Shown piece after piece: positions 32,653 through 43,265 of a DNA stretch of 64,000 nt. The stretch covers positions 640,001 through 704,000 of the forward strand of contig OY763415.1 in the NCBI GenBank assembly GCA_963667565.1, given 5' to 3'. The stretch is from Acholeplasmataceae bacterium (lineage in GTDB: Bacteria; Bacillota_I; Bacilli_A; Acholeplasmatales; Acholeplasmataceae). The notes under the pieces are model-generated. The model was not told the DNA's origin, ran no database searches, and saw only the letters and a list, made by a program, of their open reading frames with translations. A program made the translations under genes and the position numbers. Positions within the stretch are counted from its first letter, which is position 1; each line of letters opens with the position of its first letter.

Positions 32653-33636
32653 CTATTTTCCTTTTTTAACTTCATTCACCCAATCTTGATTTGATTTAAA
32701 CCAATCAATGGTTTCAGAAATACCTTTTTGAAATGTATATGACGGACTCCAACCTAAATCATTCATTATTTTTGAAGAATTGATAGCATATCTTAAATCA
32801 TGTCCTTTTCTATCTTTAACAAAACTGATTAAAGTTTCATCCTTATTTAAAAAAGATAAAATCAGTTTGACTATATCAATATTCTTAAACTCATTGTTAC
32901 CACCAATATTATATACTGTACCTGGATTTGCAAGATGAATTATCTTATCAATCGCTGAACAATGATCATTTACATGCAACCAATCTCTAATGTTAATACC
33001 TGTTCCATATACAGGAAGTGCTTTGTTATTTAAAGCATTTTCAATCATAACTGGAATTAATTTTTCTGGGAATTGAAACGGGCCATAATTGTTTGAGCAT
33101 CTTGAAATAGTTGTATTAAGCTGAAATGTTCTATAATATGCAAAAACCAACAAATCTGCAGAAGCTTTAGACGCAGAATATGGACTTGATGGTTTTAAAT
33201 CGTAATTCTCATCAAATTTTAATTCTGGTTGATCAATAGGTAAATCTCCATATACTTCATCTGTAGAAACTTGATGAAATCTTTTTATTCCATATTTCAA
33301 AGATAAATCAAGTAATACTTGTGTACCTAAAACATTAGTTTTTATAAATATTTCAGGATCTTTTATTGACCTATCAACGTGAGATTCTGCTGCAAAATTA
33401 ACTATATAGTCCGGTCTTTCTTTAATAAAAATTTCTTCAAGAGAAATCTTATCAGCGATATCAACAACATAAAAATTAAATCTCTTATTATTAATAAAAT
33501 CATCCATTGTAACCATATTACCAGCATAAGTTAGATTATCTATTCCAATTACTTCATAATTTGGGTATTTTTTTAGAATATATTGTGTAAAATTTGACCC
33601 TATAAATCCAGCACAGCCAGTTATTAATATTTTCAT
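32653..33636 (-). CDS. rmlB: dTDP-glucose 4,6-dehydratase
   Basis: GCAGFIG, AAESHVDRS, STDEVYG, YSASK and GHDLRY motifs. Confidence 0.96.
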   Translation of the reverse strand: MKILITGCAGFIGSNFTQYILKKYPNYEVIGIDNLTYAGNMVTMDDFINNKRFNFYVVDIADKISLEEIFIKERPDYIVNFAAESHVDRSIKDPEIFIKTNVLGTQVLLDLSLKYGIKRFHQVSTDEVYGDLPIDQPELKFDENYDLKPSSPYSASKASADLLVFAYYRTFQLNTTISRCSNNYGPFQFPEKLIPVMIENALNNKALPVYGTGINIRDWLHVNDHCSAIDKIIHLANPGTVYNIGGNNEFKNIDIVKLILSFLNKDETLISFVKDRKGHDLRYAINSSKIMNDLGWSPSYTFQKGISETIDWFKSNQDWVNEVKKGK

Positions 33637-33637
33637 T

Positions 33638-35317
33638 TCATCTCTCCTTATTTGGGTGATATTGAGATAAATATCTCTTTAGTGCATCTTTCCATGTTGG
33701 CATTTTTCCAAATGTTTTTATGGAATCATTATTTAACCTTGAATTCTTTGGTCGTTTTGCTTTAGTAAGAAAATAATCACTTGCTACTGGTTTAATCAAA
33801 CAATTTAATTTTAGAAATTCTAATGTTGTTTGAGCAAATTCAAACCAACTGCAGTACTCTGAATTGGTTACATGATAAATACCGTATTTATTACTTAATC
33901 CAATTTTAATCACCATTTTCGCAAGATCTAATGCATATGTAGGTGATCCAATTTGATCATTCACTACAGAAATCACCTTATTACCTTCAGCAAGTTTAAT
34001 TATTTTTTCAACAAAATTTGTATTACTTCCTCCAAAAACCCAAGAAGTTCTAATTATGTAAAACATATTATGCATTTGTACTTCCTGTTCGCCTAAAAGT
34101 TTCGATTTTCCATATATAGATACTGGATTCGTCTCATCGAAAGTCATATATTCAAATTCCTTGGTTCCATCAAAAACATAATCAGTTGAGATGTATACTA
34201 TTTTTGCCCCATATTTCATTGCATTTTTTACAATATATTTAGTCCCAATATGATTTGTATTATAGCAGGAATTGCTATCAATTTCAGCTTTGTCAACCTC
34301 AGTATACGCTGCACAATGGAAAATAATATCAGGAATATTGATATTAAAAAATTTATCAACTTCCAATTCATTAGTAATATCAAGATCACTATAGTCTACA
34401 CCAATAACATTTGTAAAATTATACTCATTTAATAGTTTAATTAATTCTTTACCGAGTTGACCTTTTGCACCAGTAACAACTATTTTTAGTAATCTTGATT
34501 TGTTTACTATATCGTTAATTATCGTGCTATCTCCATAAATAAATTTTGAATCATAAGGCCGATATTGCAATTTACCATAATTAGGTTTTATATTAAAATT
34601 ATTAAAATAAATGTAGTTATCAATCATTTTTTTTAATTGAAAAGGACTCCCAGAACAACATTCAATAATTCCTTCATAATCTGATTGTAATGATGCTTCC
34701 GTAATTTGATAAGCTAATTTATCTACATGTATGAAATCATACTGCCCAAGACCATCATTAACGTCTATATAATCAATATTATTTTTTTCATTACTAAATA
34801 TCTTTCCAAATATTGATTTACTATGAGCATCATCACCGTAAATATAGTAGGCTCGCAACCATTTTAACTTGGTTTTCCTATTCGTACATTTAATCTCAAT
34901 TGCTTTTCTTAATGTATCTTTTGAAATCGCATATAAATTTAATGGATTTGTTGGACTTTCGTTATTAACTTTCCCTTCAAAAGATCCTAATTCATGCATA
35001 GATCCCATTATTGAGATGCTATCAATATTATTATTTATGAAATCATCAAGGAAATAATAATGCGTAGATAAATCTAGCATATGTGAATCATTTTTATGAT
35101 CGAATCCATCTCTCCATGCCATGTGTATTAAAACATTTGGTCTACCAAAAAAATCAAATGGATTCTCAATCTTAAAAATGTCAGAAGAAATAAAATTTCT
35201 ATCATTATAAATATTATCATTTAAATCCGTAGTAATTAATTCAATTTCTTTTCTTTTAAGGATATTTACTACTTTTCTGCCTAGATAACCATTTGCTCCA
35301 GTAACTAACACTCTCAT
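33638..35317 (-). CDS. Two-domain SDR fusion: Tll-like dTDP-6-deoxy-L-talose-forming reductase plus RmlD
   Basis: Two Rossmann motifs (GANGYLG; GAKGQLG). The C-terminal half has the RmlD motifs STDYVFDG, YGKSK, DQIGSPT and RPKNS. Confidence 0.8.
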   Translation of the reverse strand: MRVLVTGANGYLGRKVVNILKRKEIELITTDLNDNIYNDRNFISSDIFKIENPFDFFGRPNVLIHMAWRDGFDHKNDSHMLDLSTHYYFLDDFINNNIDSISIMGSMHELGSFEGKVNNESPTNPLNLYAISKDTLRKAIEIKCTNRKTKLKWLRAYYIYGDDAHSKSIFGKIFSNEKNNIDYIDVNDGLGQYDFIHVDKLAYQITEASLQSDYEGIIECCSGSPFQLKKMIDNYIYFNNFNIKPNYGKLQYRPYDSKFIYGDSTIINDIVNKSRLLKIVVTGAKGQLGKELIKLLNEYNFTNVIGVDYSDLDITNELEVDKFFNINIPDIIFHCAAYTEVDKAEIDSNSCYNTNHIGTKYIVKNAMKYGAKIVYISTDYVFDGTKEFEYMTFDETNPVSIYGKSKLLGEQEVQMHNMFYIIRTSWVFGGSNTNFVEKIIKLAEGNKVISVVNDQIGSPTYALDLAKMVIKIGLSNKYGIYHVTNSEYCSWFEFAQTTLEFLKLNCLIKPVASDYFLTKAKRPKNSRLNNDSIKTFGKMPTWKDALKRYLSQYHPNKER

Positions 35318-35862
35318 TTAACTAATTCCTCATAAACAGCAATTTCAATACCTTTTAAGTCTTTATCAGATAAAACAGTAGGTAATATCGGCCATTCTAT
35401 ACCTATTCTAGAATCATTATAAATTATTGATATTTCAGCATCCTTATTGTAATAGTTATCGACCTTATAACTAACAGTTGTATCGTCGACTAAGGTTATA
35501 AATCCATGACCAAAACCACTCGGAATTAGCAATTGAGTATTATTTTCACTTGAAAGTTCTATACCAAACCACTTTAAATATGTCTCAGATTCTGGTCTTA
35601 AATCAACAGCAACATCGAAAATTTTCCCTTGAATGCAACTCACTAGTTTGGTTTGTCCAAATTGCTTGGATTGTAAATGAATGCCTCTTAAAGTGCCTTT
35701 GAATCGACTAAATGACTTATTTTCTTGAATATATATATAGTTAATTTTATTTTCGCTATTAAATTCATTGTTAAAAACGACAGAAAACCAGCCTCTTTCA
35801 TCATTAAATTTTGTAGGTTGAATTATTAATAAATCTTTAATAAATGTGTTATATATTTTCAT
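35314..35862 (-). CDS. rmlC: dTDP-4-dehydrorhamnose 3,5-epimerase
   Basis: DERGWF, GTLRGIH, DVAVDLR and GFGHGF motifs. Confidence 0.95.
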   Translation of the reverse strand: MKIYNTFIKDLLIIQPTKFNDERGWFSVVFNNEFNSENKINYIYIQENKSFSRFKGTLRGIHLQSKQFGQTKLVSCIQGKIFDVAVDLRPESETYLKWFGIELSSENNTQLLIPSGFGHGFITLVDDTTVSYKVDNYYNKDAEISIIYNDSRIGIEWPILPTVLSDKDLKGIEIAVYEELVK

Positions 35863-36749
35863 TTCAATTGCTGAACCTTTCCATCAATTATAGACTCTAT
35901 ATATTTACCATAGTTGCTTTTTGAATATTTTTTAGCTGCAAGTCTAAGTTGCTCTATTGAAATCCAACTATTCATGAATGCAATTTCTTCTAAACAACTT
36001 ATTTTCAAACCTTGATGCTCTTCAATCATTTTTACAAATTGTGTTGCTTCAGCCAACGATTCATGAGTTCCTGAATCCAACCAAGTGAAACCTCTACCAA
36101 GCAATTCAACATCTAATGCCTTTTCTTTTAGATATATAGCATTTAAATCTGTAATTTCTAATTCTCCTCTTTTTGAAGGTTTTATTTTTTTTGAAAACTC
36201 TACAACCCTATTATCATAAAAATATAATCCAACTACTGCATAATTAGATTTAGGTGTTTCTGGTTTCTCTTCGATACTTATAACTTCATATTTCTCATTG
36301 AATTCAACGACCCCAAAATTTGATGGGTTTTCAACATGATATCCAAAAACAGTCGCCTTATTCTTAGTTGCACTTTCTACAGCATTCAGTAAAGATTTTT
36401 TTAAACCACTACCATAAAAAAAATTATCTCCTAATACTAAGCAAACACTTTCATCACTAATGAATTTTTCACCTATGATAAAAGCTTCTGCAAGTCCATT
36501 TGGATGCTCTTGAATGGCATATTCTATATTGATTCCGTAATCTTTTCCATTTCCCAACAATTGCTCAAATCTTTGAATGTCTTGAGGAGTGGAAATGATG
36601 AGAACCTCTCTTATTTCTGCCAATAACAGAACAGAGAGAGGATAATATATCATAGGTTTGTCATATATAGGTAATAGTTGCTTGCTCACTACTTGTGTTA
36701 ATGGATATAATCTTGTACCAGATCCTCCTGCCAAAATAATTCCTTTCAT
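35859..36749 (-). CDS. rmlA: Glucose-1-phosphate thymidylyltransferase
   Basis: [26 protein letters not shown] and RGELEITD motifs. Confidence 0.97.
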   Translation of the reverse strand: MKGIILAGGSGTRLYPLTQVVSKQLLPIYDKPMIYYPLSVLLLAEIREVLIISTPQDIQRFEQLLGNGKDYGINIEYAIQEHPNGLAEAFIIGEKFISDESVCLVLGDNFFYGSGLKKSLLNAVESATKNKATVFGYHVENPSNFGVVEFNEKYEVISIEEKPETPKSNYAVVGLYFYDNRVVEFSKKIKPSKRGELEITDLNAIYLKEKALDVELLGRGFTWLDSGTHESLAEATQFVKMIEEHQGLKISCLEEIAFMNSWISIEQLRLAAKKYSKSNYGKYIESIIDGKVQQLK

Positions 36750-36751
36750 TA

Positions 36752-37714
36752 CTAATCCTCCAATAATCTTTTGACCCAATTTTTAATGTGATACTTATCC
36801 ATATTAAAATCAGATTCTAAATTTGTTTTATAAAACTCATCAATATCATAAATATTTGTTCTTGAAGTAAAAATTAAAATTCTATCACGCGAATAGAAAT
36901 CATAATTAGCAATATCACTATTTGTGGTAATCAATTTTTTATTTGAAGCTAATACTTCAAAGGTTCTCATAGTAAGACCTTTTTGGTTTTTTTGAGGAAT
37001 ATCTATAATTATTTTTGAGTTTCTCATATATTCTAACAAAGATTTTCTGGATATCTTATTATATTTATAAAAGTTTGTCTTTGTCATTCGAAACTCTTTA
37101 TTGGTAAAATAATAATAAATAAATACTAACCTAGATTGTATATACATATGAAAAAAAATTTTTTTTTGATTGATCATCTTTAAAATCTTATTTATGTTTT
37201 CAATTTTTCCTGGTTTTGCAGTTCCTATATAAAGATAATCAAACAGTTCATTTTTGTTAATTAAATTTTTAAACTCATCTGAATAAAACAGAGGTAAAAA
37301 TGTAAACTTATATTTTTTTGCATCAAATGGATCAAATGTCATAACTGAATCAAATTCTGTCGAAAGAGTTAGGATTTCCTCAAATACATCTACTGAATCC
37401 CAATTATAATAAACGAATTTAGCATTTTTATACTTAGCTTTTAATCTTTTAATATCATCAATAATAAATGACTGACCCAAAATTATTACAACATATTTGT
37501 AATCTTTATCATTTTCGTTAATTATTTTATCTATGTACTTAATGACTTTAGATCGCATTAATTTCTTATTTAATCTGATTATCATTTTTCCTATCAAATT
37601 ACTATTCGGTCTATCGCTATACCAGTCAACAATATAATTTTGATTAATCAACTCATTAGTTATATCTTTATAATATCCAAAAAAATCAGGGGTTATAAGT
37701 AGAATATTGTCCAT
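36752..37714 (-). CDS. Putative GT-B glycosyltransferase
   Basis: YNWDS, TFDPFD, LPLFY and [16 protein letters not shown] motifs; located in the polysaccharide operon. Confidence 0.65.
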   Translation of the reverse strand: MDNILLITPDFFGYYKDITNELINQNYIVDWYSDRPNSNLIGKMIIRLNKKLMRSKVIKYIDKIINENDKDYKYVVIILGQSFIIDDIKRLKAKYKNAKFVYYNWDSVDVFEEILTLSTEFDSVMTFDPFDAKKYKFTFLPLFYSDEFKNLINKNELFDYLYIGTAKPGKIENINKILKMINQKKIFFHMYIQSRLVFIYYYFTNKEFRMTKTNFYKYNKISRKSLLEYMRNSKIIIDIPQKNQKGLTMRTFEVLASNKKLITTNSDIANYDFYSRDRILIFTSRTNIYDIDEFYKTNLESDFNMDKYHIKNWVKRLLED

Positions 37715-37721
37715 AATTAAC

Positions 37722-39191
37722 TCATTTCTTAACTAAAGTAATTCCATATTGAAGTTCAATAATTTCAATATTATTATCTTTGATTATCTCACTAAATAAT
37801 TGTTTTTCTTTTCCTAATCCAGCTTCTTTATCGAACATTACTCTTACAGTCAAAAGAATAATCTTAATATCTAACCAAAAATTGTACTTTCTTATGTAAT
37901 AAAGATCATATCTTAATCTTTCAAGAGGCACAGTATCATATCTACTATATACTTGAGCAAAGCCAGTTAAGCCTGGTTTTACATTTGATCTATATACAAA
38001 TTCTGGATGTTTTTCTAAAGTTTCTGAAATAACACTAAGCATTAACGGTCTTGGTCCAACGACACTCATCTCACCTTTAAAAATATTTAATAATTGAGGG
38101 AGTTCATCAAGTCGTGTTGCTCTTATAAATTTTCCGAATTTAGTTATACGAGAATCATTGGTTGTTGCTATTGGACCTTCTTCTCCTTCTTTATGAACTT
38201 TCATTGATCTGAATTTTACAATGTCAAAATACTCACCATCTCTTTTTACGCGAGTTTGGCGATATAAAACTGGCCCACCATCTTGCAATTTAATAATCAA
38301 AGCAACGATAAGCATTGGGATACCAGCAATTAAAAGCGCTATAGAAGATGCTACGATGTCAAATGTTCTCTTAAAGAATCTTTGTTCAAATGTTAATCGC
38401 ATGCTCTTAGCTTTAAGCACTAAAGTATCATCAATTTGGTCTTTTTGAGCATATAATAATCCTAACTCATATGTTCTTGGCACCATATACAACTCTTTAT
38501 CGGTACTAAGCAATATGTAGTTAACAAGCATATTTTTGTTTTTAACACTCAAATCATCAAGTAAATAGACATGATTGACTTCATCAATATATTTAAATAC
38601 ATCATCGTTAATTTTGACTCTATCATCTTCAAATAAAACATATTTTAAGACCTTATAATGTGTTTTATCCATAAAAAACTCTTTAGCCAAATTGATTGCA
38701 TCCTCTTTTGGACCAATCACTGCAACTAAAGGCTTTCTACTAAATTTATTAAATAGGATAAATTCTAAATATTTTACAGATGGCAATACAATAACTTGAG
38801 CGATAAGAATATATAAGACATCAAGTGGTGTCCCTAAAATAAAATTATCGATATTAATAAATGTGATGATAATTAAAATGATATTGGTAAAAAACAATGC
38901 CATAAACATTGATATAAACACTTTATAAAATTTACTTCTACTAATGGTTACTTGATATACCATAAAAAAGAATGCTGCTATCATTAAATAAAGAGCTGTA
39001 ACTAATATATCATCTGAATGTAGAACAAATAAATCATAGATACCTAAAAAGGAATGGTTATTTTCTAGATAATTGAGTTCTGCAATTAATAAAAAAGTAA
39101 GACCTAGGATGAACACATCAAAAAGATGTTCTAAAAATCTAATAATGTTCCCATTCCAAAAATCTTGCTTCATATCTTTATATTTACCCAT
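37722..39191 (-). CDS. Priming polyprenyl-phosphate sugar-1-phosphate transferase
   Basis: KRTFD, KFRSM, LDELPQL, MSVVGPRP and KPGLTG motifs with N-terminal TM helices. Confidence 0.93.
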   Translation of the reverse strand: MGKYKDMKQDFWNGNIIRFLEHLFDVFILGLTFLLIAELNYLENNHSFLGIYDLFVLHSDDILVTALYLMIAAFFFMVYQVTISRSKFYKVFISMFMALFFTNIILIIITFINIDNFILGTPLDVLYILIAQVIVLPSVKYLEFILFNKFSRKPLVAVIGPKEDAINLAKEFFMDKTHYKVLKYVLFEDDRVKINDDVFKYIDEVNHVYLLDDLSVKNKNMLVNYILLSTDKELYMVPRTYELGLLYAQKDQIDDTLVLKAKSMRLTFEQRFFKRTFDIVASSIALLIAGIPMLIVALIIKLQDGGPVLYRQTRVKRDGEYFDIVKFRSMKVHKEGEEGPIATTNDSRITKFGKFIRATRLDELPQLLNIFKGEMSVVGPRPLMLSVISETLEKHPEFVYRSNVKPGLTGFAQVYSRYDTVPLERLRYDLYYIRKYNFWLDIKIILLTVRVMFDKEAGLGKEKQLFSEIIKDNNIEIIELQYGITLVKK

Positions 39192-39221
39192 GTGTCTAAT
39201 CCCCATTCTTATTCATAGAAT

Positions 39222-39608
39222 TTATAATGCATTACTTACTGCTGAGAAAAAAGCGATACTTGTATATGCATCAAAAGATGCATAATCAAATTTCACAGAT
39301 TGTTCAATATAGATTTGCTGTATGAGTAAATCTAAATCATTATCTCTTATAAAAGCATTCTTATAATTGATTGTGATTTCCTCTATTCTATGATTTAAAA
39401 CATAAACAGTTAAATCTACATATACAGGTGACGTGTTAGACTCACCTTCATAATAACCATCATCGATGTCATTTAAATTAATTTCATCAATAACTGTACT
39501 TTCTATTTGATCTAAACCATTACTCACCGATACAAAAATAAGGAATGCACCAAACGTGAGCAAGATACCTATTACCATATATATAGCATATTGTTGATGT
39601 TTTTTCAT
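39222..39608 (-). CDS. Membrane-anchored FMN_bind-like domain protein (degenerate motif)
   Basis: TM helix followed by DGYYEGE...V.V....I..I...AVSNAL; no SGAT motif. Confidence 0.55.
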   Translation of the reverse strand: MKKHQQYAIYMVIGILLTFGAFLIFVSVSNGLDQIESTVIDEINLNDIDDGYYEGESNTSPVYVDLTVYVLNHRIEEITINYKNAFIRDNDLDLLIQQIYIEQSVKFDYASFDAYTSIAFFSAVSNAL

Positions 39609-39754
39609 AAAAAAGCAACTCTCCATTACATATCTTGGATGCAATTATTTTAACATATATTATATAATATATGCAAAGATATTCTAAACTTTGACAAATA
39701 TAATAAATATATTTATAATGATTATAGTCATTTCTTACAAAATGGGGTTATCAA

Positions 39755-41155
39755 ATGAAGAAAATCGAGCAGTTCTTAAATAGTATATACTTTATAATTT
39801 CTATATTTTTAATAGTTTTCATTTCTTGGTTTTTGGGAAGTGGCTTTTTTGGATTAACTGACTTTAGTCCATATAACTTGTATGGTGTTTATGTTTTGAT
39901 TTTATTATTGTCAATTGTACTTGTTTTATTTAGTAACACTTTATATGCAATACCTATTCTTGCTGGATTTTTATTTATAATAAGTAATAGCAGCATTACA
40001 TTTGATACACTTGATCAATTTGGATTTCCACATATTGCTTTAATTCTAATTTTCTCAAGTTTTATAGTACACATCATGAGATTTAGACCAAGATTAAAAA
40101 TTGGCGGTTTATTTACTGGTTTATTACTTATTGCTATAGCATATTTGATACCACTTATATACACTGAAGTATCTATGAAAGCGGTGATGGTATCTAGTGC
40201 AGGACTTGTATATTTTTTATTTTATCTTTTCTTGTTTTCTACTACAAAGGGTAATAAAGATTATTTATTTAAACTTATGATAGTGATTAGTTTCATATTG
40301 ATGATGCAACTTGGAACAAAGATAATTAGATTATTTTTAGATCATCCGGAACTTAGTTTTATTGAAGTATTTGGCTTAGGTATGACAAATAATTGGGGTG
40401 CTAACTTTGGATGGGCTAATATTAATGATGTTGCATTCTACTTAACACTTACCTTTCCTGCTTATGTCTATTTTATCTTCAAGAAACCTAAAAATATTAT
40501 CTACTGGTTATTGATATTACTTCCTATTTTGGCAGTTGCAGTATCTGGATCTAGGGGGGGATTAATCGGGTTTTTCATAGTTGCATTGCTATCATTTATA
40601 TTTATATTGCTAAGAGGAACAAAACATCATTATTTAGGTATTGGTATTGCAATTGTTGGTTCATTTTTATTAGTGTTAATAAGTTTTGATATATTAAAAG
40701 AGTCTTTTACTACAATGTTAGATATGTTAAACCGTGGTTCAATTGATGCAATCTCCTCCAATAGAATATTCATCTATGTTGAAGGTATTAAAATATTTAA
40801 AGAGAATTTCATTTTTGGAAGCGGATGGTTATCTATTGACCAATTAGATGCAAGTTGGCGCTTATTCATGTATCATTCAACTATCATTCATGTGTTAGCA
40901 ACCATGGGTCTATTTGGATTATTTGCTTTACTATTCCATTACTATCAAGTGTTTTCAGTCCTATTTAATAAAATATCACTTGAGAAGAAACTCATCATGT
41001 TTGGATATATTGCGACTCAAATCCATGGATTAATTGATAATGTTCAGTTTTCAGTTCCATATTCATTCTTAATTGTCTTCATCTTTGTCATCATTGAAAC
41101 ATCTGATATCGATACGATATTTAAAAAAGATGGTAGAAAGTATATATTAAAATAA
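39755..41155 (+). CDS. O-antigen ligase / oligosaccharyltransferase-like membrane protein
   Basis: Multi-TM; GWANIN, SGSRGG, SNRI.IY, FGSG, YHS and HGLID motifs. Monocistronic and in opposite orientation to the operon. Confidence 0.8.
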   Translation: MKKIEQFLNSIYFIISIFLIVFISWFLGSGFFGLTDFSPYNLYGVYVLILLLSIVLVLFSNTLYAIPILAGFLFIISNSSITFDTLDQFGFPHIALILIFSSFIVHIMRFRPRLKIGGLFTGLLLIAIAYLIPLIYTEVSMKAVMVSSAGLVYFLFYLFLFSTTKGNKDYLFKLMIVISFILMMQLGTKIIRLFLDHPELSFIEVFGLGMTNNWGANFGWANINDVAFYLTLTFPAYVYFIFKKPKNIIYWLLILLPILAVAVSGSRGGLIGFFIVALLSFIFILLRGTKHHYLGIGIAIVGSFLLVLISFDILKESFTTMLDMLNRGSIDAISSNRIFIYVEGIKIFKENFIFGSGWLSIDQLDASWRLFMYHSTIIHVLATMGLFGLFALLFHYYQVFSVLFNKISLEKKLIMFGYIATQIHGLIDNVQFSVPYSFLIVFIFVIIETSDIDTIFKKDGRKYILK

Positions 41156-41167
41156 TAATTCGAAATA

Positions 41168-41199
41168 AAAAGCAATACCTTTGATGAGGTGTTGCTTTT
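41168..41199. terminator. Bidirectional terminator
   Basis: AAAAGCAATACCT/AGGTGTTGCTTTT between convergent genes. Confidence 0.75.
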
Positions 41200-41870
41200 T
41201 AATGTCCATAATAATAATAACCATAGTTATAAGATGAATTCCGTTTTGCTACTTTTGTTAGAACAGCACCTATCACATTTGCTTTTGTTTTCTTTAATTC
41301 TTCAATGACTTGTTTTGCTATTTTTTTATTAGTTGATCTTGATGCAGTAACAAACAGTGTGGCATCACTAAAATTACTTATAATATAGCCATCAGATACT
41401 GCAGTAAGTGGTGGACAATCTAGAATAATATAGTCATATTGTTCTCTTAATTCACTCATAAGTGTCTTCATTTTTTTACTATCAACAGCTTCATTTGGAT
41501 ATGGAAGTCTTTTTCCAGCAGTGATCACATCTAGATTTTTGTTAATAGGATTAATAATCTCTTCTTTGCTTAGTTCATCAATCATATAATTGCCAATGCC
41601 TTTTGTATTTGAAAGATGAAAACCACGATGGATTTTAGGATTTCTTAAATCAAGGTCCACAAGCAGTACTTTTGCATCATTTTGAGCAAAAACAGATGCT
41701 AAATTCAAGCAAGTCAACGTCTTTCCTTCAGCAGGAAAAGTACTTGTAATGTTTATAATCTGATACTTACTATCAATTTTTGAGTATTCAATATTTGATT
41801 TTATTTTACGATATTGCTCAGTAATCACCGATCTTGGCTCTTTTAAAGATATAATTTCATAATCTTTCAT
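41199..41870 (-). CDS. cpsD: CpsD/CapB BY-kinase (copy 2)
   Basis: PAEGKT, DLDLRNP, DCPP and the tail YNYGYYYYGH. Confidence 0.92.
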   Translation of the reverse strand: MKDYEIISLKEPRSVITEQYRKIKSNIEYSKIDSKYQIINITSTFPAEGKTLTCLNLASVFAQNDAKVLLVDLDLRNPKIHRGFHLSNTKGIGNYMIDELSKEEIINPINKNLDVITAGKRLPYPNEAVDSKKMKTLMSELREQYDYIILDCPPLTAVSDGYIISNFSDATLFVTASRSTNKKIAKQVIEELKKTKANVIGAVLTKVAKRNSSYNYGYYYYGH

Positions 41871-41871
41871 A

Positions 41872-42555
41872 TCATACCTCATTGATTTCGTATTCTGGAA
41901 TCATACCCATCATACGTAATTGTAAGTAATTTTCGACATCAGAAATACTTTTTATATTTGTATTTAAAAACTCGATTGCAAGTACAGAACCTACACCTAG
42001 AATGCCACCTAGCATTAAACCCATACCTAAAATGAGTAATTTATTAGGGCCACTTGGTGCATCAGGAATCAATGCAACATCTAAAATCTCTATATCTTCT
42101 AAAATAACGAAGTCAATGCTTAATTCTTGAACAACATAAACAATTTCATTCGCTATTGCTGCAGAAAGTTCTGGCGATGTAGTCTCTACGTTAATTTCAA
42201 CAATAATCGTATTGGTTAATCCTTCTACACTAATCATCTGTCTTAATTGATCAATTGTTAAATTTAGTTCAAGACGATCAATGACTTCAAGTAACACTTT
42301 GTTAGATGTAGACACTTCTTTGTAGGTATCTACTAATCTTTGTCCTGTAAGTAAGTTAACTGCATCTGTTTCATTAGCATCATAAGCTTGAACTATCATC
42401 GAAGAAGTTGCAATATATGTCTCATCTGTTACATAATAAGCATATATAAAAGAAACGCCTATACCAAGTAATGTCAATCCAAGAATTATATACCAACGAT
42501 GGAGTAAAATTCCGATTAATTCCATTATGCTTATTTCAAATGTGTTTTCTTCCAT
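41872..42555 (-). CDS. cpsC: CpsC/CapA modulator (copy 2)
   Basis: Two TM helices, PSGPNKL and MMGMIP motifs. Confidence 0.88.
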   Translation of the reverse strand: MEENTFEISIMELIGILLHRWYIILGLTLLGIGVSFIYAYYVTDETYIATSSMIVQAYDANETDAVNLLTGQRLVDTYKEVSTSNKVLLEVIDRLELNLTIDQLRQMISVEGLTNTIIVEINVETTSPELSAAIANEIVYVVQELSIDFVILEDIEILDVALIPDAPSGPNKLLILGMGLMLGGILGVGSVLAIEFLNTNIKSISDVENYLQLRMMGMIPEYEINEV

Positions 42556-42566
42556 ATAATTCCCCT

Positions 42567-43265
42567 TTAAAGTTTATCTTCTAGATTCAATACTATTTTT
42601 GGATTTGTAACAAATATCATTTCCGCATAATTATAACCATATGTTTTTTCGATATATTGATAGCATCTTGACATGCTTTCATAATCGCCTGGTTTGTGTG
42701 CATCTGATGCAATGATATCTACCAATTTATGCTTAAGTAAATAATTCATACGTTTTTTTATTTTTTTGTTTTTGGGCATTACAATACTAGATGCATTAAC
42801 TTGTAATAATGCCCCAGTTTCTTTTAATTTTCTATAACAACTATAGTCAGTTATTTGATCATATCGCTCAACATGAGCAATCACTGGTACATACCCATTA
42901 AGACTAATTTCATAAACAGAATCTTCTATATTTGTATCTTGATTTGTAAACTCAATTAGAATGTATTTAGAACTATTAAGTGTAAGATGTTTACTAAGTT
43001 CTTCTTTACTAAGAATTTCATCATAGTGGTCAATTTCGCGACCTAAAAATAGGTCTATTTTAAACCCTTGTTCAATGACTTTTTTGTATTTATCTTGTAA
43101 AATTATATTACTAGTAATATAATTATTATGTAGTTTATAATGTGGTGTAAGACAAATTCCAGTAACCTGATTATCAATTGCTTCTTGTATCATTTCTATC
43201 GCTTCTTCGATAGATTTTGCTCCATCATCCACTTCTGGAAGTACATGAGCATGAATATCAATCAT
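42567..43265 (-). CDS. cpsB: CpsB/CapC tyrosine phosphatase (copy 2)
   Basis: DIHAHVLPEVDDG, TPH, AHVERY and ASDAH motifs. Confidence 0.92.
   Translation of the reverse strand: MIDIHAHVLPEVDDGAKSIEEAIEMIQEAIDNQVTGICLTPHYKLHNNYITSNIILQDKYKKVIEQGFKIDLFLGREIDHYDEILSKEELSKHLTLNSSKYILIEFTNQDTNIEDSVYEISLNGYVPVIAHVERYDQITDYSCYRKLKETGALLQVNASSIVMPKNKKIKKRMNYLLKHKLVDIIASDAHKPGDYESMSRCYQYIEKTYGYNYAEMIFVTNPKIVLNLEDKL

Noticed and set aside
37151..37167. A8/T9 homopolymer as a phase-variation tract in a glycosyltransferase
   Set aside because: The ORF is intact and such runs are expected in very AT-rich DNA.
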